Below are positions 18,968-26,989 of a stretch of DNA of 48,415 nucleotides, one piece after another. The DNA comes from an uncultured bacterium (GTDB lineage: Bacteria; Acidobacteriota; UBA6911; RPQK01; JADFOI01). The notes beneath the pieces were generated by a model. That model was not told the origin of the DNA and searched no databases. It worked only from the letters and a program-made list of their open reading frames with translations. Position 1 is the first letter of the stretch. Each line of letters begins with the position of its first letter. The DNA lies in NCBI GenBank assembly GCA_965369785.1, contig CBDUTA010000002.1, positions 1 through 48,415 of the forward strand. Reading direction: 5' to 3'. Made by a program: the position numbers and the translations under genes.

Positions 18968-20044
18968 ATGAATGCTCAGATGCAAGCGAGTCTCAAGAAT
19001 TGTAAGACTTTGCCGACTTTGCCGGGTGTTGCCATTCAAATCCTTGAGTTGTGCCAACAGGAGGATCTTAACCTTTCCAGAATGGCCGATCTCATCGGGA
19101 AAGATCCCGCTCTCAGTGCCAAAGTGCTGCAAATAGTGAACTCACCTTATTACGCTCTTTCTCGCCAGGTCGCCACGCTTGATCATGCCGTGTCGCTCCT
19201 GGGTATTCATGCTGTACGGACGGTGGCGTTAAGTTTTTCGATTATGCGTGGTCTGCTTCGAGATGAGGCCAGTGGTTCCGGTCTGTCCTGTTTCTGGCGT
19301 CGTGCCCTCATTTCTGGAGTTGCTGCTCGCTGCTTGGGCCAGTCCAACCAGGAAGTGCTTTTTCTGGCAGCGATGCTCCAGGATATCGGCATGCTCGCTT
19401 TGAGAGCAGTTTTGCCCGGGCAGTATGAAAAGCTTCTCGCGGGATCGGAGAACGACCATTTGCGTCTTGAGGAACTGGAAAAGGAGGAGCTGGGTGTGGA
19501 CCATGCAGAAGTGGGCGGCTGGCTGGTCCAGCACTGGCATTTGCCGGAAATATTTGAATTTTCACTCCGAGGCAGTCATGATCCCGACCCAGATCAGGTC
19601 CCCTCCGAGTTGCTACCGATTGTGCAAATCGTAGCACTCTCAGGCTTATTCGCGGACATCTGGATCATCGAAGATCCCGTCGTTGCTACTCAGTACGCTG
19701 GAGCTGCTGCAAAAAAAATGCTGGGCATGGAACAGGAGGACGTTCGAGGACTGGTCATGGCAATTTCCGAGGCACTCCCGGAAATTTCCGTCCTATTCGA
19801 AATTGACCTGGGTGACTCGGATAGTCTCGATGAAATCCTTGAGAGAGCGAAAGAAGCCCTGATGACTGCCGGCGTGCTGACCGCTCAACATGCCCAGGAT
19901 ATCCAAAAGGCGGCCGACAAGGCGACTTCTGACAAGTTGAACTCTGATGTAATATGGGTTAAAGAACTGACTACTGATGACGAGGACTCAACGGAACCGT
20001 TGAAAGGGAACCTTTCGACACGATCTAGCCCGGATGTCGGCTGA
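18968..20044 (+). CDS. HDOD-domain signalling protein
   Basis: The N-terminus LPTLPGVAIQILELCQQEDLNLSRMADLIGKDPALSAKVLQIVNSPYYALSRQVATLDHAVSLLG is a typical HDOD signature. AAGGAG lies 8 nt upstream of the ATG. Confidence 0.8.
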   Translation: MNAQMQASLKNCKTLPTLPGVAIQILELCQQEDLNLSRMADLIGKDPALSAKVLQIVNSPYYALSRQVATLDHAVSLLGIHAVRTVALSFSIMRGLLRDEASGSGLSCFWRRALISGVAARCLGQSNQEVLFLAAMLQDIGMLALRAVLPGQYEKLLAGSENDHLRLEELEKEELGVDHAEVGGWLVQHWHLPEIFEFSLRGSHDPDPDQVPSELLPIVQIVALSGLFADIWIIEDPVVATQYAGAAAKKMLGMEQEDVRGLVMAISEALPEISVLFEIDLGDSDSLDEILERAKEALMTAGVLTAQHAQDIQKAADKATSDKLNSDVIWVKELTTDDEDSTEPLKGNLSTRSSPDVG

Positions 20045-20088
20045 TCCAGGTTTCCTGTGTAAGGGCTGACCGCCTAACCGGCATGAAA

Positions 20089-20140
20089 GCACGAACGCAC
20101 AGCGTGACGGAGTCACGCCCAGCACGAACGCACGAACGTA
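20089..20140 (+). repeat. CACGAAYG-octamer / GCGTGAC-hairpin repeat, copy 1
   Basis: The sequence is GCACGAACGCACAGCGTGACGGAGTCACGCCCAGCACGAACGCACGAACG, with the hairpin GCGTGAC-GGA-GTCACGC at 20102-20118. It lies between two convergent genes. Confidence 0.7.
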
Positions 20141-20143
20141 CAG

Positions 20144-21532
20144 TTAGCGCCGGTTGACAATGTCCAGAGCAGCCACACGGTAGGCTTCGGCAAGAGTTGG
20201 AAAATTGAAGATATTTTCTACGAAGACGTCGACTTGGCTCTTCGCCAGAAGTCCCATCTGGCCCACATGGATTAATTCCGTCGCTCCTTCGCCAACGATC
20301 TGTATTCCCAGGAGTTTTTTCCCCTCAGGGTCGGCGACCATCTTGAGGAGGCCCTCTTTGAGTCCGGCGATCTGGCCGCGCGCCACTTCATCGAAGCGAG
20401 CCCGGCCGACCATGGTTTCGCCGTGGCGTTCGATAGCTTCTTTCTCGGTGATCCCAACGCTGGCCATTTCAGGGATGGTGAAGATGCCGATAGGGATGGT
20501 CTCAGGAGAACTGGGCAAATCAATTCCCGTGGCATGGCGAACTGCCCGGCGCCCCTGTTCCATGGCCGAGGAGGCCAGGCCGGGAGGTCCGACCACATCC
20601 CCCACTGCGTAAATATGAGGGACAGACGTCCGGCAGTATCCATCCACGCTCAGCAGTCCCCCCTCCGTGGCCTGTAACCCAGCAGCTTCAATCTTCAGAT
20701 CGGCCAGGTTAGCAACCCGTCCCAAAGCAACCAGCATCTTCTCACTCTTCACCGTCTCACCACTTTCCAGGGTCGTTACCACCTGGGACCATCCGTCCCA
20801 TTGGACTTGCTTGACTGTTTCTTGTCCCAGGTATCGACCACCGTGTTCTCGAAAGCTTTGCAGAAACTGGTCGGTGAGTTCCCGATCCATAAAACCGAGG
20901 GGACGTGCTCGTTGGTCGATCACCGTCACCTTCACGCCCAGAAGGGAGAAGATGGATGCGTACTCACTGGCAATGACCCCCCCACCCAAGATGGTGAGGG
21001 ATCGAGGGAGGTAGATCATAGAGAGAATGGAATCACTGTCCAGGATATGCTCATGGTCTATCGGTATACTCTCACCAATGCGCGGCACCGATCCTGTAGC
21101 TATCACAATAGTGTCGGCTTTGAGAGATTGCCGGGATCCGTCCACGGCCGTGACGCTGACGATCCGATCGGAGAGGAATTGAGCTCGGCCATGAAATCGG
21201 TTGATCCCATTTCGGTCCAACTGACCACTGATGTAAGCGACATGGGCTTCAATGACCTGGTTCATCCGCGTCATGAGGGTTCGGACTTGCAGCTCTTTAC
21301 GAAGCTGAAACTCAAACACATGGGCATGGCGCTTGAGCCGGGCCACATCCAGGGCACTTTCTCGCAGAGTTTTACTGGGGATGGTACCCCGATGAACACA
21401 GGTGCCTCCCACTGCGCGCTCTCGCTCAATAATGGCAACGTGTTTACCGATTTTGGCCCCTTGGATGGCGGCCTTTTGTCCACCCGGTCCACTGCCAAGA
21501 ACAACAATGTCGTAACAAGTCACTGTACTCAT
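20144..21532 (-). CDS. sthA: Soluble pyridine nucleotide transhydrogenase-like flavoprotein (SthA/UdhA type)
   Basis: An FAD-binding GSGPGG motif is present. The site GGTCVHRGTIPSK has a single Cys rather than the CxxxxC of lipoamide dehydrogenase, as in SthA. The 462-aa product has the class-I disulfide-reductase fold layout. Confidence 0.7.
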   Translation of the reverse strand: MSTVTCYDIVVLGSGPGGQKAAIQGAKIGKHVAIIERERAVGGTCVHRGTIPSKTLRESALDVARLKRHAHVFEFQLRKELQVRTLMTRMNQVIEAHVAYISGQLDRNGINRFHGRAQFLSDRIVSVTAVDGSRQSLKADTIVIATGSVPRIGESIPIDHEHILDSDSILSMIYLPRSLTILGGGVIASEYASIFSLLGVKVTVIDQRARPLGFMDRELTDQFLQSFREHGGRYLGQETVKQVQWDGWSQVVTTLESGETVKSEKMLVALGRVANLADLKIEAAGLQATEGGLLSVDGYCRTSVPHIYAVGDVVGPPGLASSAMEQGRRAVRHATGIDLPSSPETIPIGIFTIPEMASVGITEKEAIERHGETMVGRARFDEVARGQIAGLKEGLLKMVADPEGKKLLGIQIVGEGATELIHVGQMGLLAKSQVDVFVENIFNFPTLAEAYRVAALDIVNRR

Positions 21533-22422
21533 AAGCCCATCGAATCTGTTATTTGGAGGATTTCTTCCCGCTTTTCCAGAAGCGCGCTCACGTCCTCCGG
21601 GTAAAGATTCAAGTCGGTAATGACTGGATGGTCTCGCACTTTTTCCTCGTCGAAGGGTTTTTCAGCACTGGTGTGAGTGGCCAGGTGGCTGGCAAGGCAG
21701 GTGATTCTCACCTCCTGGACAAACGAGGACGCTTCACAGTAATCCCTATAATAGAGAATGGATTCCTTGACTGGATCCGGAAGCGCCCATTTGCGGGCGA
21801 TGAGCGCCCCCAGCTTCACATGAAACTCGTCCATGAGAGTGAACAGATCATCTCTTCTCAGTCGGACATCCAGGCTCTTCTCCACCTCTGCGATGGCAGG
21901 AAGTGCAACAGATTTTCCAATACTGTGAAGGAGCCCGCAAAGGAAGGAGCTTTCCTGATTTTGACGGCGCATGCGGGCGATCTCTTTGGCGTATGCCGCA
22001 CTGACTACAGAATGAAACCACAGTTGCTTCATTTCGGCTTTGTAATCGGGCAGGGCAAAGAGGCGATTTTTGACGCAAACAGCAAAGGCAATTTCGCGCA
22101 GCCGGTTGAAACCTAACCGAGCGATTGCTTGCTGAAGAGACACGATGGCCACTCGGCCACCGAAGGCGGCCGAGTTGGCTATTTTAAACAGGTGTCCGGC
22201 CAGGGCCTGATCCCTGTGAATGAGCCTACAGAGAGTCGAAGCGTCTGTCTGGTCGTTGTTGGTGAGGCTTAAAACTTGGTTGGCGATTTGGGGCAACAGT
22301 GGAAGCTGGAAGTGACCCTTCACAATTCGCTGGGTGAGGGCAGCTCGGAATTGAACCATGGTTTGGACGTCCGTTACCTCAGGCGTGTGTTGTGATTCGG
22401 GCGGACCTTTGCCTTTTAGCAT
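21529..22422 (-). CDS. HDOD-domain signalling protein
   Basis: LPLLPQIANQVLSLTNNDQTDASTLCRLIHRDQALAGHLFKIANSAAFGGRVAIVSLQQAIARLG is an HDOD signature. Its stop overlaps the sthA start (ATGA). Confidence 0.8.
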   Translation of the reverse strand: MLKGKGPPESQHTPEVTDVQTMVQFRAALTQRIVKGHFQLPLLPQIANQVLSLTNNDQTDASTLCRLIHRDQALAGHLFKIANSAAFGGRVAIVSLQQAIARLGFNRLREIAFAVCVKNRLFALPDYKAEMKQLWFHSVVSAAYAKEIARMRRQNQESSFLCGLLHSIGKSVALPAIAEVEKSLDVRLRRDDLFTLMDEFHVKLGALIARKWALPDPVKESILYYRDYCEASSFVQEVRITCLASHLATHTSAEKPFDEEKVRDHPVITDLNLYPEDVSALLEKREEILQITDSMGL

Positions 22423-22461
22423 CGCTAGTTACTTTTTCGGTCCAATCAGGAAAATTCTTTA

Positions 22462-22494
22462 GACCGCATTATGCATAGGCTGTCGTGGCAAAGC
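22462..22494. repeat. Degenerate single end of MITE family B, preceded by TA
   Basis: GACCGCATTATGCATAGGCTGTCGTGGCAAAG aligns with the copy-1 left end GCCCGGATTATGCATAGGTTCTTGTCACGAAAG. Confidence 0.55.
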
Positions 22495-22516
22495 GGCGTA
22501 GGGCCGGCCTGACTCA

Positions 22517-22546
22517 GGACTGAGTGATGAGGACTGAGGACTGAGC
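22517..22546 (+). repeat. GGACTGAG octamer micro-repeat (3 copies)
   Basis: GGACTGAG occurs at 22517-22524, 22531-22538 and 22539-22546. Confidence 0.7.
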
Positions 22547-22590
22547 ACAGTCGGTAGACCACAGCCGGCAGACTGGCTGATCACCAGACC

Positions 22591-22646
22591 CACACGAACG
22601 CACGAATGCACAGCGTGACGAAGTCACGCCCAGCACGCCCAGCGCC
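22591..22646 (+). repeat. CACGAAYG-octamer / GCGTGAC-hairpin repeat, copy 2
   Basis: The sequence is CACACGAACGCACGAATGCACAGCGTGACGAAGTCACGCCCAGCACGCCCAGCGCC, with the hairpin at 22613-22629. Confidence 0.7.
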
Positions 22647-22802
22647 GAAGTAACTTTGTCAAGTTTCTGTCAAGATCTCGCCTTCTTTGACGGTCGACAC
22701 CGAGGGTACTGGGCTGGTTGAACCAGACACTCAGTGCATCGCAAGCTCCTTCTACAGACGTTGTCGTGTTTCGGAAACTAGGAACGTAGTCCTTCAGAGT
22801 GT

Positions 22803-22817
22803 TGGCACGCCCCTTGC
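22803..22817 (+). promoter_or_regulatory. Sigma54 promoter, TGGCAC-GCCCC-TTGC, for the fliL operon
   Basis: The -24/-12 match is perfect. The predicted start site is near 22829, just upstream of AGGAGG (22834-22839) and the fliL TTG at 22844. Confidence 0.75.
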
Positions 22818-22843
22818 GTTAACTCCTGAGAACAGGAGGAAGC

Positions 22844-23398
22844 TTGTCAACCGAGGAACTCGAAAAAGATCCAGATCCTGATTCAACTGAACCACCCGTT
22901 TCTAAAGGTCGAGGTAAAAAAAAGTGGGTCTTACTTGGGATTGGATTCTTAGTACTGGAAATTGGAGTGTTTGGGGTGGTGTATTTTTTTGGCCTGTCTT
23001 TTGAGGCAGAATCGTCGGAAGAGACGGAAGAAATTGAAGAAGTTGAAGAGGTCGAAGAAGTTGAGCCTGAGCGACAGGTCAATGAGGTGTTTGAAATACG
23101 GCCTTTTGTCATCAATTTGGCCGATCCAGATGGAATTCACTACCTGAGACTGGGGATTGGTTTGGGTGTTTTCAATCCAAAACCGGGATCCCCGGTTATC
23201 GACAAGGATATTTTGTTGCCCAAGCTCAAGGACTATCTGCTTACCGTCGTTGGAAGGAAAACGTTGTCGGAAATCGTTTCTCCCGAGGGGAGAGTCAAAC
23301 TCAAGAGAGAAATTCTAAAGGGGACGAGTAGGCTCCTGCCCTCCAGCAAGGGGGTAAAAGTCCTGGAAGTATACCTGACGGAATTCATTGTTCAGTAA
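22844..23398 (+). CDS. fliL: Flagellar basal-body-associated protein FliL
   Basis: A single TM helix and an acidic linker are followed by FEIRPFVINLADPDG..YLRLGIGL and a C-terminal VLEVYLTEFIVQ, as is typical of FliL. The start codon is TTG. Confidence 0.85.
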   Translation: MSTEELEKDPDPDSTEPPVSKGRGKKKWVLLGIGFLVLEIGVFGVVYFFGLSFEAESSEETEEIEEVEEVEEVEPERQVNEVFEIRPFVINLADPDGIHYLRLGIGLGVFNPKPGSPVIDKDILLPKLKDYLLTVVGRKTLSEIVSPEGRVKLKREILKGTSRLLPSSKGVKVLEVYLTEFIVQ

Positions 23399-23409
23399 GA
23401 GTCGACGTT

Positions 23410-23733
23410 ATGGAGCTACCTAACGGACAACAGTATTCGGATGAGGCACTTAAGGAACACGCTCCGGAAATGTTGGGCTTTTTGGATGTCGAATATCGGC
23501 TGGAGATACACGTTGGAGGAGCCCTCTTAACGGTTGGAGAAATCCTAAACCTGAAGGTTGAAGATGTCGTTAAATTGGATCAGTTAGCTACGCAGGCGGT
23601 TATCCTGACCGTCGAGACAATACCCGTGGCCTCCGTGGAAGTGACCACCGGAGAGATGGGCACCAGTCTAGATATTGTTGCAATTGAGGGTGGGGTGAAT
23701 TGTGTAGCTGTCACCAGCGGGAGGGCAGAATGA
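23410..23733 (+). CDS. FliN-family (SpoA-domain) flagellar switch protein paralog
   Basis: The 107-aa product carries LEIHVGGALLTVGEILNLKVEDVVKLDQLATQAVILTVETIPVASVEV, a SpoA/FliN C-terminal domain pattern. It occupies the usual fliN position upstream of fliO. Confidence 0.75.
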   Translation: MELPNGQQYSDEALKEHAPEMLGFLDVEYRLEIHVGGALLTVGEILNLKVEDVVKLDQLATQAVILTVETIPVASVEVTTGEMGTSLDIVAIEGGVNCVAVTSGRAE

Positions 23734-24059
23734 TCTATCTGCAAAGTATTTTGGCGCTACTTTTTGTACTGGGTTTAATCGGAGCGCTTCACCTTCTTTT
23801 GCAGCAGTTGGGAGGCAGGATTCCAGGTGTGAAGACGAAACAGATTAGGGTCATCGAATCGGTTTCTCTGGGTGAGAAGAGAAACCTGTTCCTGGTGGAG
23901 GTGCAGAAGGAATGTTTTCTCCTTGCTGCCACAGGTCACCACATTTCCTTGCTCAGAACTGTGGAGCCCAACAAGGAGACAGTTGATGTTGAGCCACAGC
24001 GTAAACCCATTTTGGCAAGGTTGAAGAAACTGAGCCTGAGACACAGCGAGACGGAATAA
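23730..24059 (+). CDS. fliO: Flagellar export apparatus protein FliO
   Basis: ATG 23730 overlaps the upstream stop (ATGA). A single N-terminal TM helix is followed by IRVIESVSLGEKRNLFLVEVQKECFLLAAT, which is FliO-like. The position before fliP fits. Confidence 0.7.
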   Translation: MIYLQSILALLFVLGLIGALHLLLQQLGGRIPGVKTKQIRVIESVSLGEKRNLFLVEVQKECFLLAATGHHISLLRTVEPNKETVDVEPQRKPILARLKKLSLRHSETE

Positions 24060-24061
24060 CG

Positions 24062-24796
24062 ATGCGATCGTATCTTATTGTACTGGTTGTCCTGGCCAGC
24101 ATGGCCACAGCCTCGGCTCAGGATTCCCAGGCCTGGTCACTCCAATTGGAATTTGGGGAAGGGGGGGGATCTTACTCCATACCGGTACAGATTCTGGTCC
24201 TTTTGACCCTGTTGACTTTCCTTCCTGCCATGCTGATCTCGGTCACATCGTTTACCCGCGTCCTTTTAGTCACTCATTTTCTCAGACAAGCCATGGGGAC
24301 TCAGGGCGCCCCCAACAACCAGGTTCTGTTAGGGCTCAGCCTATTCTTGACTTTTGCCATTATGGGGCCGACTTGGGACCAAATATATGAAGAAGCGGTT
24401 GTGCCCTACCAGGAAGGTAACCTCGAGCAATTACAGGCCTTTGAAAAGGCATCCGCTTCACTCCGTCTGTTCATGTTGAAGCATGTACGGGAGAAGGATC
24501 TGGCGCTGTTCGTTCAAATCACAAAGTTATCTCAACCGCGGAGTCGTGATGATCTGCCGCTGCGGGTGATCGTTCCGGCCTTTATGATTTCCGAACTCAA
24601 GTCAGCCTTCCAAATCGGCTTCGTGATTTTTCTTCCTTTCCTGGTCGTGGATATGGTGATTAGTGCCACTTTGCTTTCCATGGGTATGATGCAACTTCCT
24701 CCTATCATCATTTCAACACCCTTTAAGATCCTGTTATTCATTCTGGTCGATGGATGGAATCTGGTGATCGGTTCCCTTGTGGAGAGCTTTGTCTAG
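24062..24796 (+). CDS. fliP: Flagellar export apparatus protein FliP
   Basis: It has a signal peptide and conserved FliP segments (FTRVLLVTHFLRQAMGTQGAPNNQVLLGLSLFLTFAIM, AFMISELKSAFQIGF). Confidence 0.95.
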   Translation: MRSYLIVLVVLASMATASAQDSQAWSLQLEFGEGGGSYSIPVQILVLLTLLTFLPAMLISVTSFTRVLLVTHFLRQAMGTQGAPNNQVLLGLSLFLTFAIMGPTWDQIYEEAVVPYQEGNLEQLQAFEKASASLRLFMLKHVREKDLALFVQITKLSQPRSRDDLPLRVIVPAFMISELKSAFQIGFVIFLPFLVVDMVISATLLSMGMMQLPPIIISTPFKILLFILVDGWNLVIGSLVESFV

Positions 24797-24818
24797 CATT
24801 TATGAAACGAGGCACTAA

Positions 24819-25088
24819 GTGACTGATCTAACCATCGTGCAATTAGTCAGAGACACCTTTATCACCACATTGATGGTGGTGGCGCCCATACTGTTGATAT
24901 CGATGATCGTAGGATTGACCATCAGCATCACTCAGGTTGTGACATCAATCCACGATCCGACCTTGAGCTTCGTGCCCAGAATGCTGTCCATGGTGGTGGT
25001 GGTTCTGGTGCTGATTTCCTGGATGGTGGAACGGGTGACTGCCTTTACGACTCAGTTGTTCTCAGAGTTGTCGAGTTTTATCCAGTGA
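24819..25088 (+). CDS. fliQ: Flagellar export apparatus protein FliQ
   Basis: An 89-aa two-TM protein with a FliQ-like sequence, starting at GTG. Confidence 0.9.
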   Translation: MTDLTIVQLVRDTFITTLMVVAPILLISMIVGLTISITQVVTSIHDPTLSFVPRMLSMVVVVLVLISWMVERVTAFTTQLFSELSSFIQ

Positions 25089-25870
25089 CGGGCACCCACT
25101 TCGAGTTTTCCCTGGTCTTGTTTCTATCGTTTGTGGCGCTGCTGGTGCGGGTCGGAGGGCTAATGGTTTTCGCTCCCTTCCTGGCCAGCCTGAGCATTCC
25201 CACCCGAGTTCGGGTAGCTTTAGCTGTCACCATAAGCCTCGCTCTTTTCCCCCTGCTGCAAAACAAAATTCCCACTCTTCCGGTGGACATGGTTTCTGTA
25301 ATCCTGGTGTTGTTTCATGAACTGATGATCGGACTGCTGTTGGGTTTTGTAGGTCATCTTCTTCTGGCGGCATTTTTCATGGCGGGACAGATTATGGGTT
25401 TCTCGATGGGTTTCAGTCTCATCAGGCTCATTGATCCTCAGACTCAAGTTGAGTCCTCTGCTCTTGCCCTGTTCGAAAATCTGGTGGGTGTAACCGTGTT
25501 TCTTTCAATGAACGCCCATCATTGGTTTATTCAGGCGCTGGTGGAAAGCTATGACCTGATTGTCCCTTTTACGATGAATCAACCGGGAGCACTGGCTACC
25601 CAGTTGATTTCGCTGTTTGGGCAAGTTTTTGTGGTGGGATTTAAGTTGGCAGCTCCAGTGACCCTGGTCTTGGTCATCGTGGACGTTCTTTTTGGCGTGA
25701 TCGGTCGTGCCGCTCCTCAGGTACAGATCCTCATTATAGGGATGCCTCTCAAGCCCTTGATTGGATTCGTGCTTCTGGCAGGGACGGTGCAGGCCCAAAT
25801 CCTCTTTTCCACTCGATATATTAGCCAGCTGCGCGAACTGCTCCATGTCTTTTTACAGATGATTCGATAA
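25085..25870 (+). CDS. fliR: Flagellar export apparatus protein FliR
   Basis: A 261-aa polytopic membrane protein in the position fliQ-fliR-flhB. Its GTG start overlaps fliQ by 4 nt. Confidence 0.9.
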   Translation: MTGTHFEFSLVLFLSFVALLVRVGGLMVFAPFLASLSIPTRVRVALAVTISLALFPLLQNKIPTLPVDMVSVILVLFHELMIGLLLGFVGHLLLAAFFMAGQIMGFSMGFSLIRLIDPQTQVESSALALFENLVGVTVFLSMNAHHWFIQALVESYDLIVPFTMNQPGALATQLISLFGQVFVVGFKLAAPVTLVLVIVDVLFGVIGRAAPQVQILIIGMPLKPLIGFVLLAGTVQAQILFSTRYISQLRELLHVFLQMIR

Positions 25871-25873
25871 GCC

Positions 25874-26935
25874 ATGTCTTCTTCTTCAGAGCGCACCGAA
25901 AAACCCACCGCCAAAAAGCGGCGAGACTCTTTGAAAAAGGGCCAGATGGCCCGCAGCAAAGAAATTCCAGGGGTCCTGGTCTATTTGAGCGGTCTGCTTT
26001 ACTTTGCTGTTTACGGACCACAATTCCTGGAGCAGTTAAAGAACTTATTCAGGTTTTTTTGGCGCACCTTCCTGCTGGTTGAGATAGACGCAGAAACGGG
26101 TCCCCAGCTGATTTATATAGTCCTGACCAGTGTCTTTCAGGTGGCCGGTCCCATAATAGCGTTGGTACTGTGTGTAGGCGTCACAAGTAATCTCATGCAA
26201 GGGGTGGCGATCTCGACCTATCGTCTACAACCCAAGCTGGACTCTTTAAATCCGACCACTAATGTCAAGAAGCTTTTTTCCATGCGCGGCCTGGTGGAAC
26301 TCGCCAAAGCTGCAGGGATTGTATTGTTTATCGGATACGTGGCCTGGGATGTCTTGGGGGGAGGGTTTACCTGGTTTCAAAAAATGATCTTTCTGGACAT
26401 AGGGAGTCTCTTAGCCGAATTCTCAACGCTTCTGTACACCATCACTATTCGGGTTGCCCTCTTCATGATAGTCGTGGCAGCGGGCGACTATATCTTTCAA
26501 AAATATACCCACGAGAAAAGTCTGAAGCAGACCAAGCAGGAGGTCAAAGACGATACGAAAGCAACCGAGGGTAGCCCGTTGATTAAAAGTCGAATCCGTA
26601 GTGTGCAGAGAGAGATGTCCCGCAGACGCATGATGGCGGATGTGAAGGATGCAGATGTCGTGGTGACCAATCCAAACGAGTATGCCGTGGCTTTGAAGTA
26701 CGACGTGAACAACATGGCTGCTCCCCGAGTTATTGCGAAAGGAAGAGGACATGTGGCTCTGCGGATCAAGGAGGTCGCTCGTCAATTCAATGTCATAACC
26801 GTCGAAAATATTGCGCTTGCACAGGCTCTTTACAGAGCAGTTGAAATTGGCGCAGAAATCCCGGACTCACTGTATAAGGCGGTGGCTCAGATTCTTGCCT
26901 ATGTTTACAAGCTGCGAGAGACCCATTGGCACTGA
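25874..26935 (+). CDS. flhB: Flagellar export switch protein FlhB
   Basis: The N-terminus SSERTEKPTAKKRRDSLKKGQMARSKE, four TM helices and a C-terminal autocleavage region are present. The cleavage motif reads NPNE rather than NPTH. Confidence 0.93.
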   Translation: MSSSSERTEKPTAKKRRDSLKKGQMARSKEIPGVLVYLSGLLYFAVYGPQFLEQLKNLFRFFWRTFLLVEIDAETGPQLIYIVLTSVFQVAGPIIALVLCVGVTSNLMQGVAISTYRLQPKLDSLNPTTNVKKLFSMRGLVELAKAAGIVLFIGYVAWDVLGGGFTWFQKMIFLDIGSLLAEFSTLLYTITIRVALFMIVVAAGDYIFQKYTHEKSLKQTKQEVKDDTKATEGSPLIKSRIRSVQREMSRRRMMADVKDADVVVTNPNEYAVALKYDVNNMAAPRVIAKGRGHVALRIKEVARQFNVITVENIALAQALYRAVEIGAEIPDSLYKAVAQILAYVYKLRETHWH

Positions 26936-26941
26936 GATTGC
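26927..26941 (+). promoter_or_regulatory. Internal sigma54 promoter, TGGCAC-TGAGA-TTGC, spanning the flhB stop and upstream of flhA
   Basis: The -24/-12 match is perfect, with GG at 26928-26929 and GC at 26940-26941. It lies 49 nt upstream of the flhA ATG and overlaps an 8-bp-stem hairpin at 26932-26957. Confidence 0.55.
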
Positions 26942-26989
26942 TTTAGAGAATCTCAGTTTAGTGCAAGAGATCGTTATTGTTGAACCGAT

